Positions 30,701 through 38,144 of a stretch of DNA of 64,000 nt are shown in pieces (the stretch's first letter is position 1; each line of letters begins with the position of its first letter). This DNA comes from Actinomycetes bacterium (GTDB taxonomy: Bacteria > Actinomycetota > CADDZG01 > JAHWKV01), in assembly GCA_029263075.1 (NCBI GenBank), contig JAJCYE010000031.1, positions 5,340-69,339 on the forward strand. The letters run 5' to 3'. Position numbers and translations under genes: made by a program. The notes under the pieces were generated by a model. The model did no database searches and was not told the origin of the DNA. It saw only the letters and a program-made list of their open reading frames with translations.

Positions 30701-31049
30701 GCGCCCTGACCGAGGCAACGATGACTTTGGGGGATTTTCCGGCAGCCAGGTCCCGCAGGACCTTGATCCGCCTTCCCATGGTCAGCAGAGTCGGCGACAT
30801 CGCTTCGCCCGGGAGCACCTCCCAGGCAGGAAAGAGCGCAACCTCGCAGGGATCCATCCAGACCTTGAGCGCTTCGGTGAACAGTTCCGCGTCCCGGCTC
30901 CGGGGCAACACAACCAACAGCACCGGCACGGCATGGGCCAGACCGGCCACAGTGAAGGCGCGAGTTGTCTCGGGCACGCCGCCGGCGCCCCGATCAACAA
31001 GTTCATCCAGCAGCCCGGAAGGTCCCCAGGCTCTCAGCAGGTCATTCAT
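27699..31049 (-). CDS. mfd: transcription-repair coupling factor
   Basis: 1116 aa. CarD/TRCF RID motif (FVVHDTYGVGRY), SF2 helicase motifs (GDVGFGKTEVA, DEEQRFGV, TATPIPRT, QLRGRVGR) and a TRCF C-terminal domain. Confidence 0.97.
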   Translation of the reverse strand: MNDLLRAWGPSGLLDELVDRGAGGVPETTRAFTVAGLAHAVPVLLVVLPRSRDAELFTEALKVWMDPCEVALFPAWEVLPGEAMSPTLLTMGRRIKVLRDLAAGKSPKVIVASVRALVQAVAQPPADAIEIAAGCEVSLDETVARLVDYGFERNYLVERPGEFSVRGGLLDVFPADSKDPIRIEFFGDEVNDLRSFSVSSQRSATRLKAIEISPCRELRLNDEVRKRAAGLLEGAGDDADLVADLTKISEGVVFPGMEAYLSMLAGPLRPVTDLLPDGGRLVLCDPKQILDRSADFLEQAAGWAGPQTVGPDNQGLFVPLAQITDNAETVEFWPYGRGEEGLNLDVSGWDEHMGRPDRLVAELQGVLAANGSVVVAAGRSASRAQQILADAGLGLPIAAPEFAKGVVTEDSIGKGFLLNLPGGAPVAVVGESDLFGRRRPVVASGPQVPARASALLLQLAADDFVVHDTYGVGRYHGMLTREVAGISRDYLVISYSAGDKLYLPTEQLDAITKYTGGDAPKLNRLGTGEWEKSKSKAKKAVQDIAKDLIRLYSNRIRAEGFRFSPDTPWQAELENAFPHMETPDQQRAIDAVKQDMEKSIPMDRLVCGDVGFGKTEVAVRAAFKAVQDSKQAAVLVPTTILAQQHFQTFSERFAGFPVKVAQLSRFLTPAEQAGVLEEMATGKVDVVVGTHRLLARDVKFHDLGLLVVDEEQRFGVKHKEKIKHLRENVDVLTMTATPIPRTLEMGVTGIRDLSLMDTPPTDRRPVMTFVGDYDARMVTAAIRRELARDGQVFFVHNRVSSIKSAARRIASLVPGSRVETAHGQMTEGELEKVMVDVWDGKVDVLVCTTIVESGLDIPAMNTLIVERADLLGLSQLYQLRGRVGRARERAYAYFFYPHETVLTAEAHERLKTLSEFTELGSGFKIALRDLELRGAGNLLGAEQSGHIAAVGFDLYMRMMTETIEELTGRSPEPKLQVKLDIPADAYIPADYIQRESLRMEAYRQIEQVRAPENVVALIEEFTDRYGPVPKPVSTLLLVAELRAYLAEKGITEAAVRNGVMKLKPLPELRDSQQVRLRRKYSGAVYKEVSGTLLLNVPAGETARWVLDTLRDILDPQ

Positions 31050-31653
31050 CTTTGGTTGTCGAACCTCCTACGGAGGTGTTGAACGTGTTCATCGTGGCCT
31101 GCAATCCATACCGGACCAACGACAACGCCGCCTCTCCCGCTCGCTCTTCAAGCTCAAACAGTTCCTGCGCCGCCTTCTTGGACAACGGCTCCAACACAAA
31201 GTCCGCCGCCTCCTGGAACGGGTGCGTTGGCCGGCCCACGCCGATCCGGACCCGGTAGAAATCTTTGCTACCCAGCGACCGGGCCACCGACTCAACTCCT
31301 CGATTCCCGGCGCTGCCGCCCCCGATCTTCACCTTCAGGGATCCGGACGGCAGGTCTATCTCGTCATGCAGGATCACCACGTTTTCCGGCGCAACCTTCT
31401 TCAGGTTCGACAGGATCGCCACCGCCCTACCGCTCTCGTTCATATAGGTGGAGGGACGGGCCAGGTAGAGCCGGGATCCTTCGTGATTGACCTCTCCCAT
31501 AGCCGCTACGGAACGGGTGGAGCGCAATTTGACGCCCAATTTGCGGGCGAGCTTCTCAACAGCCCGGGCGCCGGCGTTGTGTCTTGTGTACTCGTACCTT
31601 GTGCCGGGGTTGCCGAGGCCCACGAGCAGCCAGGCAGATTCCGCGGGGGACAT
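31042..31653 (-). CDS. pth: peptidyl-tRNA hydrolase
   Basis: LLVGLGNPGTRYEYTRHNAG and HDEIDLPSGSLKVKIGGGSAGNRG motifs. Confidence 0.95.
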   Translation of the reverse strand: MSPAESAWLLVGLGNPGTRYEYTRHNAGARAVEKLARKLGVKLRSTRSVAAMGEVNHEGSRLYLARPSTYMNESGRAVAILSNLKKVAPENVVILHDEIDLPSGSLKVKIGGGSAGNRGVESVARSLGSKDFYRVRIGVGRPTHPFQEAADFVLEPLSKKAAQELFELEERAGEAALSLVRYGLQATMNTFNTSVGGSTTKDE

Positions 31654-31743
31654 GGTCGGATCCTTGGATTTTCGAATGAGGTTCAGCGTTTACTACTTGG
31701 TACCGGGAGCGTCCGCAGCAGTACAGGTCGGGGCCGCTGCCGG

Positions 31744-32379
31744 CTATGCCTCTTCGGTGCCGCCGGGGACCTCTAGGGATTCTATCGGTGCTTCTACGGC
31801 TGCGCCGGAGATCTCCTCCTCGGAAGAAACTCTGGGCTCGACGACCGCAGCCACCATCTCCTCCGCCGGAGTCAGGACCAAAACGCCGCTGGGGACAACG
31901 ATGTCTCCGACGTGCAAGGTCTCTCCGATTCCCACACCCGAGATATCGATCTCGATCGCGGTGGGAACGTCGGTGGGCACGGCTTCAATGTGCAGTTCGT
32001 GCATGTGCTGGTCCAGTACCCCGCCCTCGTGAACTCCTCGGGAGTCCCCGATCAGGTGGAGCGGAACGTGCGCCTCGATCTTGCGGTCGCGGGCTACGTT
32101 AATAAAATCGACGTGGAGAATGGTGCCCCGGATCGGGTGACGCTGGATCTCGCGGGCAACGGTTAGGCGGGAAGTACCCTCAACGTTGATGTTGATGAGG
32201 ACGTTGCCACCGGCCTCGGTGTGCAGGGCTTGGCTCATCTGCTTGGCATCGACCAGCAAAGACACCGGCTCAACTGAGGGGCCGTAGAACACTGCCGGCA
32301 CCTGTCCGGCGACGCGATAGCGAGAAGCGGGGCCTTTGCCCAACTCCGTGCGCGGTTTTACATCCAGCGTTATCTCCAT
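31744..32379 (-). CDS. rplY: 50S ribosomal protein L25/general stress protein Ctc
   Basis: R..GKG..R..R..G.VPAV.YG N-terminal signature (RTELGKGPASRYRVAGQVPAVFYG) with an acidic C-terminal extension. Sits in the pth-ctc-prs context. Confidence 0.93.
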   Translation of the reverse strand: MEITLDVKPRTELGKGPASRYRVAGQVPAVFYGPSVEPVSLLVDAKQMSQALHTEAGGNVLININVEGTSRLTVAREIQRHPIRGTILHVDFINVARDRKIEAHVPLHLIGDSRGVHEGGVLDQHMHELHIEAVPTDVPTAIEIDISGVGIGETLHVGDIVVPSGVLVLTPAEEMVAAVVEPRVSSEEEISGAAVEAPIESLEVPGGTEEA

Positions 32380-32425
32380 GAGGTTGCAGTGTACCCGCTA
32401 AATGCCACTCTCGCGTTGGCCGGGC

Positions 32426-33433
32426 TCAATCGAGCCCCCCGAGGACCCGTTCGGGTGGGATGGCCTCGAGGTGCTCTCCCTGGAAGATCTCCGAGACCGA
32501 CTCGTCCTCAAAAACCGCCTTGATCGTCGAAGCCAGGATCGGGGCGATCGACAAAACCGTGATCTTCTCCGACTCGGCCTCCTTGCCTGCGGGAAGGCTG
32601 TTGGTCACGATGACCTCTTTGAGCGGCGAGTCCTCTATGCGGTTCATCGCCTCTCCCGAGAAAATTCCGTGGGTGGCCACTGCGATGACTTCCTTGGCGC
32701 CCTGATTCATCAACTCGACGACCCCTCCGCACAACGTGCCCGCCGTGTCGATCATGTCGTCGACCACCAGGCAGATTTTCCCCCTGACGTCACCGATGAG
32801 CCCCGCGGTGGAGGTGACGTTGCGGACGTCAACCCGGCGACTCTTGTTCATGACCGCGATGTCGGCGTGCAGATGGCGGGCAAATTTGGCGGCGTGCCCG
32901 GCGCGGCCGGCGTCGGGGGCGACGACCACCAGGTTGTCCGGGTAGTGCAGTTCTACGTACTTGGACAGGATCGGCAGCGCCGTCAGATGGTCAACCGGAC
33001 CGTTGAAAAAACCTTGGGTCTGGCCGCTGTGAAGGTCCACGGTCAACACCCGGTCGGCGCCGGCGGCGCTCAACAGGTCCATGACCATCCGGGCCGAGAT
33101 CGGCTCCCGGGCCAGTGACTTGCGGTCCTGACGGGAGTACCCGAAGAACGGGATCACCGCGTTGATCCGCTTGGCGCTGGCCCGCTTTAAAGCGTCGATC
33201 ATGAGCAGTTGTTCCATGATCATCTCGTTGACTGGGTGGCAGTGACTTTGCACGATGAAGGCATCGGTGCCCCGGACCGACTCGTGGAAGCGGACGTACA
33301 CCTCGCCCGAGGCAAAGCGGCTGATCTCCACCTCGCCCAGGCGCATGCCGAGATCAACTGCGATCTCTTGGGCAAGCTCCGAGTTCGAAGTGCCCGAGAA
33401 GACCATCGCGCGTTTTTTCACGGCAATCTGCAT
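32426..33433 (-). CDS. prs: ribose-phosphate pyrophosphokinase
   Basis: PFFGYSRQDRK, DLHSGQTQGFF and VVDDMIDTAGT PRPP-binding loop. Confidence 0.96.
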   Translation of the reverse strand: MQIAVKKRAMVFSGTSNSELAQEIAVDLGMRLGEVEISRFASGEVYVRFHESVRGTDAFIVQSHCHPVNEMIMEQLLMIDALKRASAKRINAVIPFFGYSRQDRKSLAREPISARMVMDLLSAAGADRVLTVDLHSGQTQGFFNGPVDHLTALPILSKYVELHYPDNLVVVAPDAGRAGHAAKFARHLHADIAVMNKSRRVDVRNVTSTAGLIGDVRGKICLVVDDMIDTAGTLCGGVVELMNQGAKEVIAVATHGIFSGEAMNRIEDSPLKEVIVTNSLPAGKEAESEKITVLSIAPILASTIKAVFEDESVSEIFQGEHLEAIPPERVLGGLD

Positions 33434-34834
33434 TTAGCCCTGCTCCAACTTCCGTTTTCTAAAGGGTCTTGCCGGCACCCCGGCGACGATTTGCCCGTCT
33501 TCGACGTCCCTGGTGACCACCGATCCGGCACCGGTGCCGGCGTTGCGCCCGACACGAACCGGCGCAATCAGGGTGGTGTCTGAACCGGTGAACGCACCGT
33601 CCTCCACCACCGTCTGAGACTTTACTCTGCTCTCCGTATCGTAGTTCGCAGTGATGGTTCCTGCCGCCAGGTTGACTGCCTTGCCAATCCGGGCGTCCCC
33701 AACGTAGGACAGGTGAGGCACCTTGGACCCTTCGCCGATGGTGGAGTTCTTGGTTTCTACAAAGGTCCCGACCTTGGATCCGGCGGCCATATGCGTCCCG
33801 GGACGCAGTGACGCGAAGGGGCCGACGTTTGCTCCCGGACCGATGTGCGACTCCTTCACAACCGCAAAGGTAACCTCGGCGCCGTCTTCGACGACCGCGT
33901 CGACCAGGCGGGTCGAAGGGCCTATCAAGCAGTCCTTGCCCACGACCGTAGATCCCTCGATGAAGGTGAGCGGGCGCAACACGGTCCCGGCGCCGACCCG
34001 GGTCCCCACGTCGACGTAGGTGGTATCGGGATCCTCGACCCCCACTCCGTTCAGAGCCAATTCCGCAACCTTGCGCCGCCGCAACACCTTCGCCGCCGCC
34101 GCCAACTGCAGCCGGTCGTTGACACCTTCGATCTCAGACGGGTCTGCGGTTGAGACCGACCCCAGACCCCCGCCTTCGCGGGCGATGACCAGAGCCGCCT
34201 GCGGCAGGTAGTACTCGCCCTGGACGTTGTCGTTGTCGATCCGGCCCAGGGCATCGAACAGGGCCGCCGGCTCGAAACACCAGATCCCGCTGGAAATTTC
34301 ATTCACTTTGCGGTCCTCCTCCGACGCATCCTTCTCCTCCACCACATCGACCACTTCGCCGCGGGAGTCCCGCAGGATCCGACCGTAGCCCGATGGATTC
34401 GGCACCACTGCCGTGAGGACCGTAGCCGCATTGCCGCTGCCCCGGTGGGCCTCCGCCAACCGCTGGAGCGTGGCGGTGGTGATCAGTGGACTGTCGCCGG
34501 ATAGAACCATTACCGTTCCCTCAAATCCCGCGAGAGCCGGCCGGCACCGGCCCACAGCGTCCCCGGTGCCCAACAGTTCGGTTTGCTCTACAAATTCCAC
34601 GCCCGGGAAATGGGTGCCGGCGTACTCCTTGACCTGCTCGGCACAGTTGCCGACGACCACCAGCGTCCTGCCCGCGCCGCCGACTGCGTTCGCGGCCTGT
34701 AGCACGTGATGGACCAGGGGGAGGCCGGCTGCGCGATGAAGAACTTTGGCCAAATCGGATCGGAAACGTTTTCCTGCACCGGCGGCGAGGATCACAACGG
34801 CTGTTTGGTTCGATGCAGGGAGTTCGGGCGGCAT
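33434..34834 (-). CDS. glmU: bifunctional UDP-N-acetylglucosamine pyrophosphorylase / GlcN-1-P N-acetyltransferase
   Basis: VILAAGAGKRF(R)S nucleotidyltransferase loop and C-terminal left-handed beta-helix hexapeptide repeats. The start is set at ATG 34834 because the ORF-track start (34855) would overlap tRNA-Gln. Confidence 0.95.
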   Translation of the reverse strand: MPPELPASNQTAVVILAAGAGKRFRSDLAKVLHRAAGLPLVHHVLQAANAVGGAGRTLVVVGNCAEQVKEYAGTHFPGVEFVEQTELLGTGDAVGRCRPALAGFEGTVMVLSGDSPLITTATLQRLAEAHRGSGNAATVLTAVVPNPSGYGRILRDSRGEVVDVVEEKDASEEDRKVNEISSGIWCFEPAALFDALGRIDNDNVQGEYYLPQAALVIAREGGGLGSVSTADPSEIEGVNDRLQLAAAAKVLRRRKVAELALNGVGVEDPDTTYVDVGTRVGAGTVLRPLTFIEGSTVVGKDCLIGPSTRLVDAVVEDGAEVTFAVVKESHIGPGANVGPFASLRPGTHMAAGSKVGTFVETKNSTIGEGSKVPHLSYVGDARIGKAVNLAAGTITANYDTESRVKSQTVVEDGAFTGSDTTLIAPVRVGRNAGTGAGSVVTRDVEDGQIVAGVPARPFRKRKLEQG

Positions 34835-34844
34835 TGATATCACG

Positions 34845-34915
34845 CTCCGGGACAAGGATTCGAACCTTGACTAAGGGATCCAAAGACCCTTGTGCTGCCA
34901 TTACACTATCCCGGA
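34845..34915 (-). tRNA. tRNA-Gln (anticodon UUG)
   Basis: Minus-strand sequence TCCGGGATAGTGTAATGGCAGCACAAGGGTCTTTGGATCCCTTAGTCAAGGTTCGAATCCTTGTCCCGGA(G). It has a 7-bp acceptor stem, GTTCGAATC T-loop and anticodon loop CTTTGGA. CCA is not encoded. Confidence 0.9.
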
Positions 34916-35155
34916 AAGACGCTTGACGTCCTCTTCTCCATTTAACACCGTCGACGGAGAAGGTCCGGCTTAAAGGTCGAAGGAACCTTGTTTGACGTTC
35001 CAACCGACCGGTGCTGCCAAAGGGGGCACCGCCCACAATGATGACTAACTCACCGCCGCGATTGACCAACATGTGGGAAAAAACTAGCCTTCGATTAAGT
35101 GCGAGAGATCCCGGATCCGGCAATGCACGGAAGTAAACCGCGGTGGAGCCTGCTC

Positions 35156-36361
35156 ATGACCTCCTTCGGCTTCGTCGGCGCGCACCCCCGCTCCACGGAG
35201 GCGGAGGTACTCACTGTCCCCAAGCTGCAATCACGGGCTCCCCGCGCCCGGGGCCTGCTGGTGTCGCTGGTCCTGGTCGGCATGGCCATTTCAATATCCG
35301 CTGCCGGGGGGTTGCTTGCCGTCCGCCGGACCGACGCCGTAGAGGCGTCGGCCCAGGCTGCGTTGCGGCGACAGTTGGTGGCCGGACAGGTGGCCGCCCC
35401 GGTTCAACTCATCAATCAACCTGCGGCAGGCGACCAGGTGCCGGTGCCTGTCCAGTTCTTTGCCGAGGAGCCCGCTGCCGCTCCCGGGTCGCCGATTGCG
35501 TTCTTGCGGATTCCGGCCATCGGGGTGGACAAGGTAGTAGTCGAAGGTACCGGCACCGAACAGTTGCGGACCGGTCCCGGTCACTACCCGGGTACCGCCA
35601 TGCCCGGGTCGGGAACCTTCGGCGTGGCCGGCTACCGCTTCACCTACGGAGCCCCGTTCCTGCGGATCGGCGACCTGAATGCCACCGACAAGATCTACGT
35701 GAGTACCGCCGACGGCCTATTCACCTACCGCGTCACCGGAACCGGGACGGTCAAGCCCACAGACAACTCGTCCCTTTCGGTCGGCGCCGAGGACCGCCTG
35801 ACTATCACCACCACCGCCCCTTCGTTCGGCGACGACAGGCGGTTGGTGGTAACTGCCGAGTTGGAGGATTACTCCCCTCGAGCCGCCCCCAAGCTGGAAA
35901 TCCCACCCGGCGGACCGGCATCGGCCTACCCCGAGCCGGACCCTCTCGTCGACAGCTTTGAACTCAACCCGTTGGGCCGGTTGGCGGCAACAAATGTCAC
36001 CCCCAATAAGCCGGCTCCGCCTCCTTCGCCGACCTCCGGCGCTGTTGGGGAAGCGGCTACCGGTGATCCGGGCGCAGCCTCCCCGGGGAGTGAGGACACA
36101 GGCCAGGAGGCCCCGCCGCCACAACCACCGCCGCCACTACCGGAGCCACCTCCGGCACCGGCACCGGCTGTTGTGGCCACCTCGCCGGCCCCAAAGCCCT
36201 CACCTACGGCCACCGGACCGATCCACCGTTCCCCAAACCGCTTCGCCCCGGCGTGCCGGAACGGCATCGACGACGATGGCGACGGCCTGATCGACTTCAG
36301 GTCACTGGACGGCAAACGGCAGGACCCCGGCTGCAACGGCGAGAACGACGACGACGAGTAG
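35156..36361 (+). CDS. sortase-fold (class E-like) membrane protein lacking catalytic His and Cys, with Pro-rich spacer and Cys-flanked acidic C-terminal motif
   Basis: TM helix LLVSLVLVGMAISISAAGGLLAV. FLRIPAIGVDKVVVEGTGTEQLRTGPGHYPGTAMPG..FGVAGYRFTYGAPF...LTITTTAP...RRLVV is colinear with class E sortases. It has AGYR (Tyr codon 35633-35635) for AGHR, and TTT (Thr codon 35813-35815) for the TLxTC Cys. The ATG at 35156 has GGTGGAG upstream, but the ORF is open from 35099. Confidence 0.8.
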   Translation: MTSFGFVGAHPRSTEAEVLTVPKLQSRAPRARGLLVSLVLVGMAISISAAGGLLAVRRTDAVEASAQAALRRQLVAGQVAAPVQLINQPAAGDQVPVPVQFFAEEPAAAPGSPIAFLRIPAIGVDKVVVEGTGTEQLRTGPGHYPGTAMPGSGTFGVAGYRFTYGAPFLRIGDLNATDKIYVSTADGLFTYRVTGTGTVKPTDNSSLSVGAEDRLTITTTAPSFGDDRRLVVTAELEDYSPRAAPKLEIPPGGPASAYPEPDPLVDSFELNPLGRLAATNVTPNKPAPPPSPTSGAVGEAATGDPGAASPGSEDTGQEAPPPQPPPPLPEPPPAPAPAVVATSPAPKPSPTATGPIHRSPNRFAPACRNGIDDDGDGLIDFRSLDGKRQDPGCNGENDDDE

Positions 36362-36405
36362 CCGCAACTACCCCGCTGTGGGTCGGTAGGACCTCTTAAC
36401 CCGGG

Positions 36406-37308
36406 TCAGGGCTCCAGCACGGCAGCGCCGTCCGGGGTCCCATGAGCCACCTCGACCCGAGGGAAGGTGCCCGCAACCGCGGATGCCACCAGCCCGGCGT
36501 GGGCTTCATCCCGGCACAAACCGATAATTGCGCTTCCGCTTCCGGTCATGATCGCTCCCAGGGCCCCGGCCTCCAACATCGACCGCTTGTGATCCCTGAG
36601 GGCCGGCATCAGGTCAAAGGCCGCTACCTCAAGGTCATTGGCCAGGTTGGCCGCCACCCCGTCGACATCCCCGGCTGCCAACGCCGCGGTGAGGGCGCCG
36701 ACGGTTCCCATCGGACCGCCCTTGCCCGATGGCCGGGTGCCCGCGGGCACGAGTTCGTCGAAGTGCTGGTACACCTTGACGGTAGAAAGGCCACCGTCCG
36801 GGACGCCGATCACCCACCATAGAGTCCGAGCACACGGCAAAGGACTCAACTCATCCCCCACCCCGGTAGCCATGGCCAGCCCGCCCTGCAGGCAAAACGG
36901 GACATCGGCCCCCAGTAGGCGGGCCAGCGCACCGATTTCCAACTCCGCGCACTCGGGTCCCTCCAGGCGAGTCAGTCCCACCAGTGCGGCTGCCGCGTCG
37001 GCACTTGCCCCGCCCAGTCCGGCGCCCACCGGAATCCTCTTTTTGACGGTGATCGTCGGCCGCTCGGCACATTTGAGGCGAGCGGCGGCAACGGTCCGCT
37101 GGACGATGTCCGGGGGGGCAGGAATCGGACCATCGAGTCCGTCGGCCCAACTGATGATCACCTCGGAGTGCTCCGCCGGCTCGATGGTCAGCTCGTCGGC
37201 CAGGCTTATCGACTGCATTACCGACTCAAGCTCGTGGTAGCCGTCCGTCCTGCGTCCGACAACCGCCAGCCACAGGTTGACCTTTGCTCTGCCGATGGTA
37301 TTTATCAC
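36406..37308 (-). CDS. ispE: 4-diphosphocytidyl-2-C-methyl-D-erythritol kinase
   Basis: AKVNLWLAV.GRR.DGYHEL and GHMP-kinase motif PVGAGLGGASADAAA. Sits in the ksgA-ispE context. Confidence 0.93.
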   Translation of the reverse strand: MINTIGRAKVNLWLAVVGRRTDGYHELESVMQSISLADELTIEPAEHSEVIISWADGLDGPIPAPPDIVQRTVAAARLKCAERPTITVKKRIPVGAGLGGASADAAAALVGLTRLEGPECAELEIGALARLLGADVPFCLQGGLAMATGVGDELSPLPCARTLWWVIGVPDGGLSTVKVYQHFDELVPAGTRPSGKGGPMGTVGALTAALAAGDVDGVAANLANDLEVAAFDLMPALRDHKRSMLEAGALGAIMTGSGSAIIGLCRDEAHAGLVASAVAGTFPRVEVAHGTPDGAAVLEP

Positions 37309-38144
37309 CGCAACACCCTCACCAATCCGGCGAACTCTTCAAGACCGAGCGACTCCGCCCGCGCCCCCGGGTCGACGCCCGCCCGGGCGAGGGCCGCCTC
37401 AACCTCACCCACCTCCATGCCGAGCCCGGATGCCAGAGTATTCCTAATCGTCTTGCGTCTCTGACTGAAACCCGCCCTGACCACCCTCATCAGCTCCTTG
37501 CTCTCCACGTCGACCAGAGGCGGGCGGCGGGTGAGCCGGACCAGCAGCGACTCGACCTTGGGCACCGGCCAGAATACCGAAGCAGGGACCTTGCCCAGGA
37601 GTTTTGATTCGCAGTGGTAGGCCACCAGCAGGCTGACCGCGCCGTAGGCCTTTGACCCGGGCCCGGCCACGAACCGCTCCCCCGCCTCCCGCTGGACCAT
37701 GACAACGAAGTCGTAGATTTCAGGGCGCTGCTGAAGGAGATCGGCTATCAGGGGGGTGGCGATGTTGTAGGGGAGGTTGGCGACCAACCGGTGAGGACCC
37801 TTAGCGACCAGGGGCGCGTAGTCCAGGTCCATGGCGTCGCCCTGGACAATCGTAACGTTGGCCACGCCCTCGATAACCTCTTGAAGGGCCGGGATCAGCT
37901 TTCGGTCGAGCTCGATGGCCGCTACGTGGGCGGCCGCCTCCGCCAGGCCCAGGGTCAGGGTTCCCACGCCGGCGCCCACCTCGATGACCCGGTCGGAGGG
38001 GTCCAACTCGGATAACCGGACTATGCGCCGGATGGTGTTCTGGTCGATTACGAAGTTCTGACCGAGCGCTTTCGATGGGACGATCCCGTGCCTGCGAGCA
38101 AGGTCTCCGATGTCCGCCGGGCTGAGTAGCTTGCGGCCTACCAC
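37305..38144 (-). CDS. rsmA: 16S rRNA (adenine1518-N6/adenine1519-N6)-dimethyltransferase
   Basis: LGQNFVIDQNTIRRIV, VIEVGAGVGTLT and ANLPYNIATP motifs. Confidence 0.95.
   Translation of the reverse strand: MVGRKLLSPADIGDLARRHGIVPSKALGQNFVIDQNTIRRIVRLSELDPSDRVIEVGAGVGTLTLGLAEAAAHVAAIELDRKLIPALQEVIEGVANVTIVQGDAMDLDYAPLVAKGPHRLVANLPYNIATPLIADLLQQRPEIYDFVVMVQREAGERFVAGPGSKAYGAVSLLVAYHCESKLLGKVPASVFWPVPKVESLLVRLTRRPPLVDVESKELMRVVRAGFSQRRKTIRNTLASGLGMEVGEVEAALARAGVDPGARAESLGLEEFAGLVRVLR

Noticed and set aside
34835-34855. Longer glmU start at 34855
   Set aside because: It would overlap the 3' part of the tRNA-Gln gene (34845-34915). The in-frame ATG at 34834 gives the normal GlmU N-terminus (MPPEL...VILAAGAGKRF).
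35143-35961. 272-aa alternative-frame ORF overlapping the sortase-like gene
   Set aside because: It has Arg/Gly/Pro-rich low-complexity translation. The other frame shows block-by-block sortase homology.
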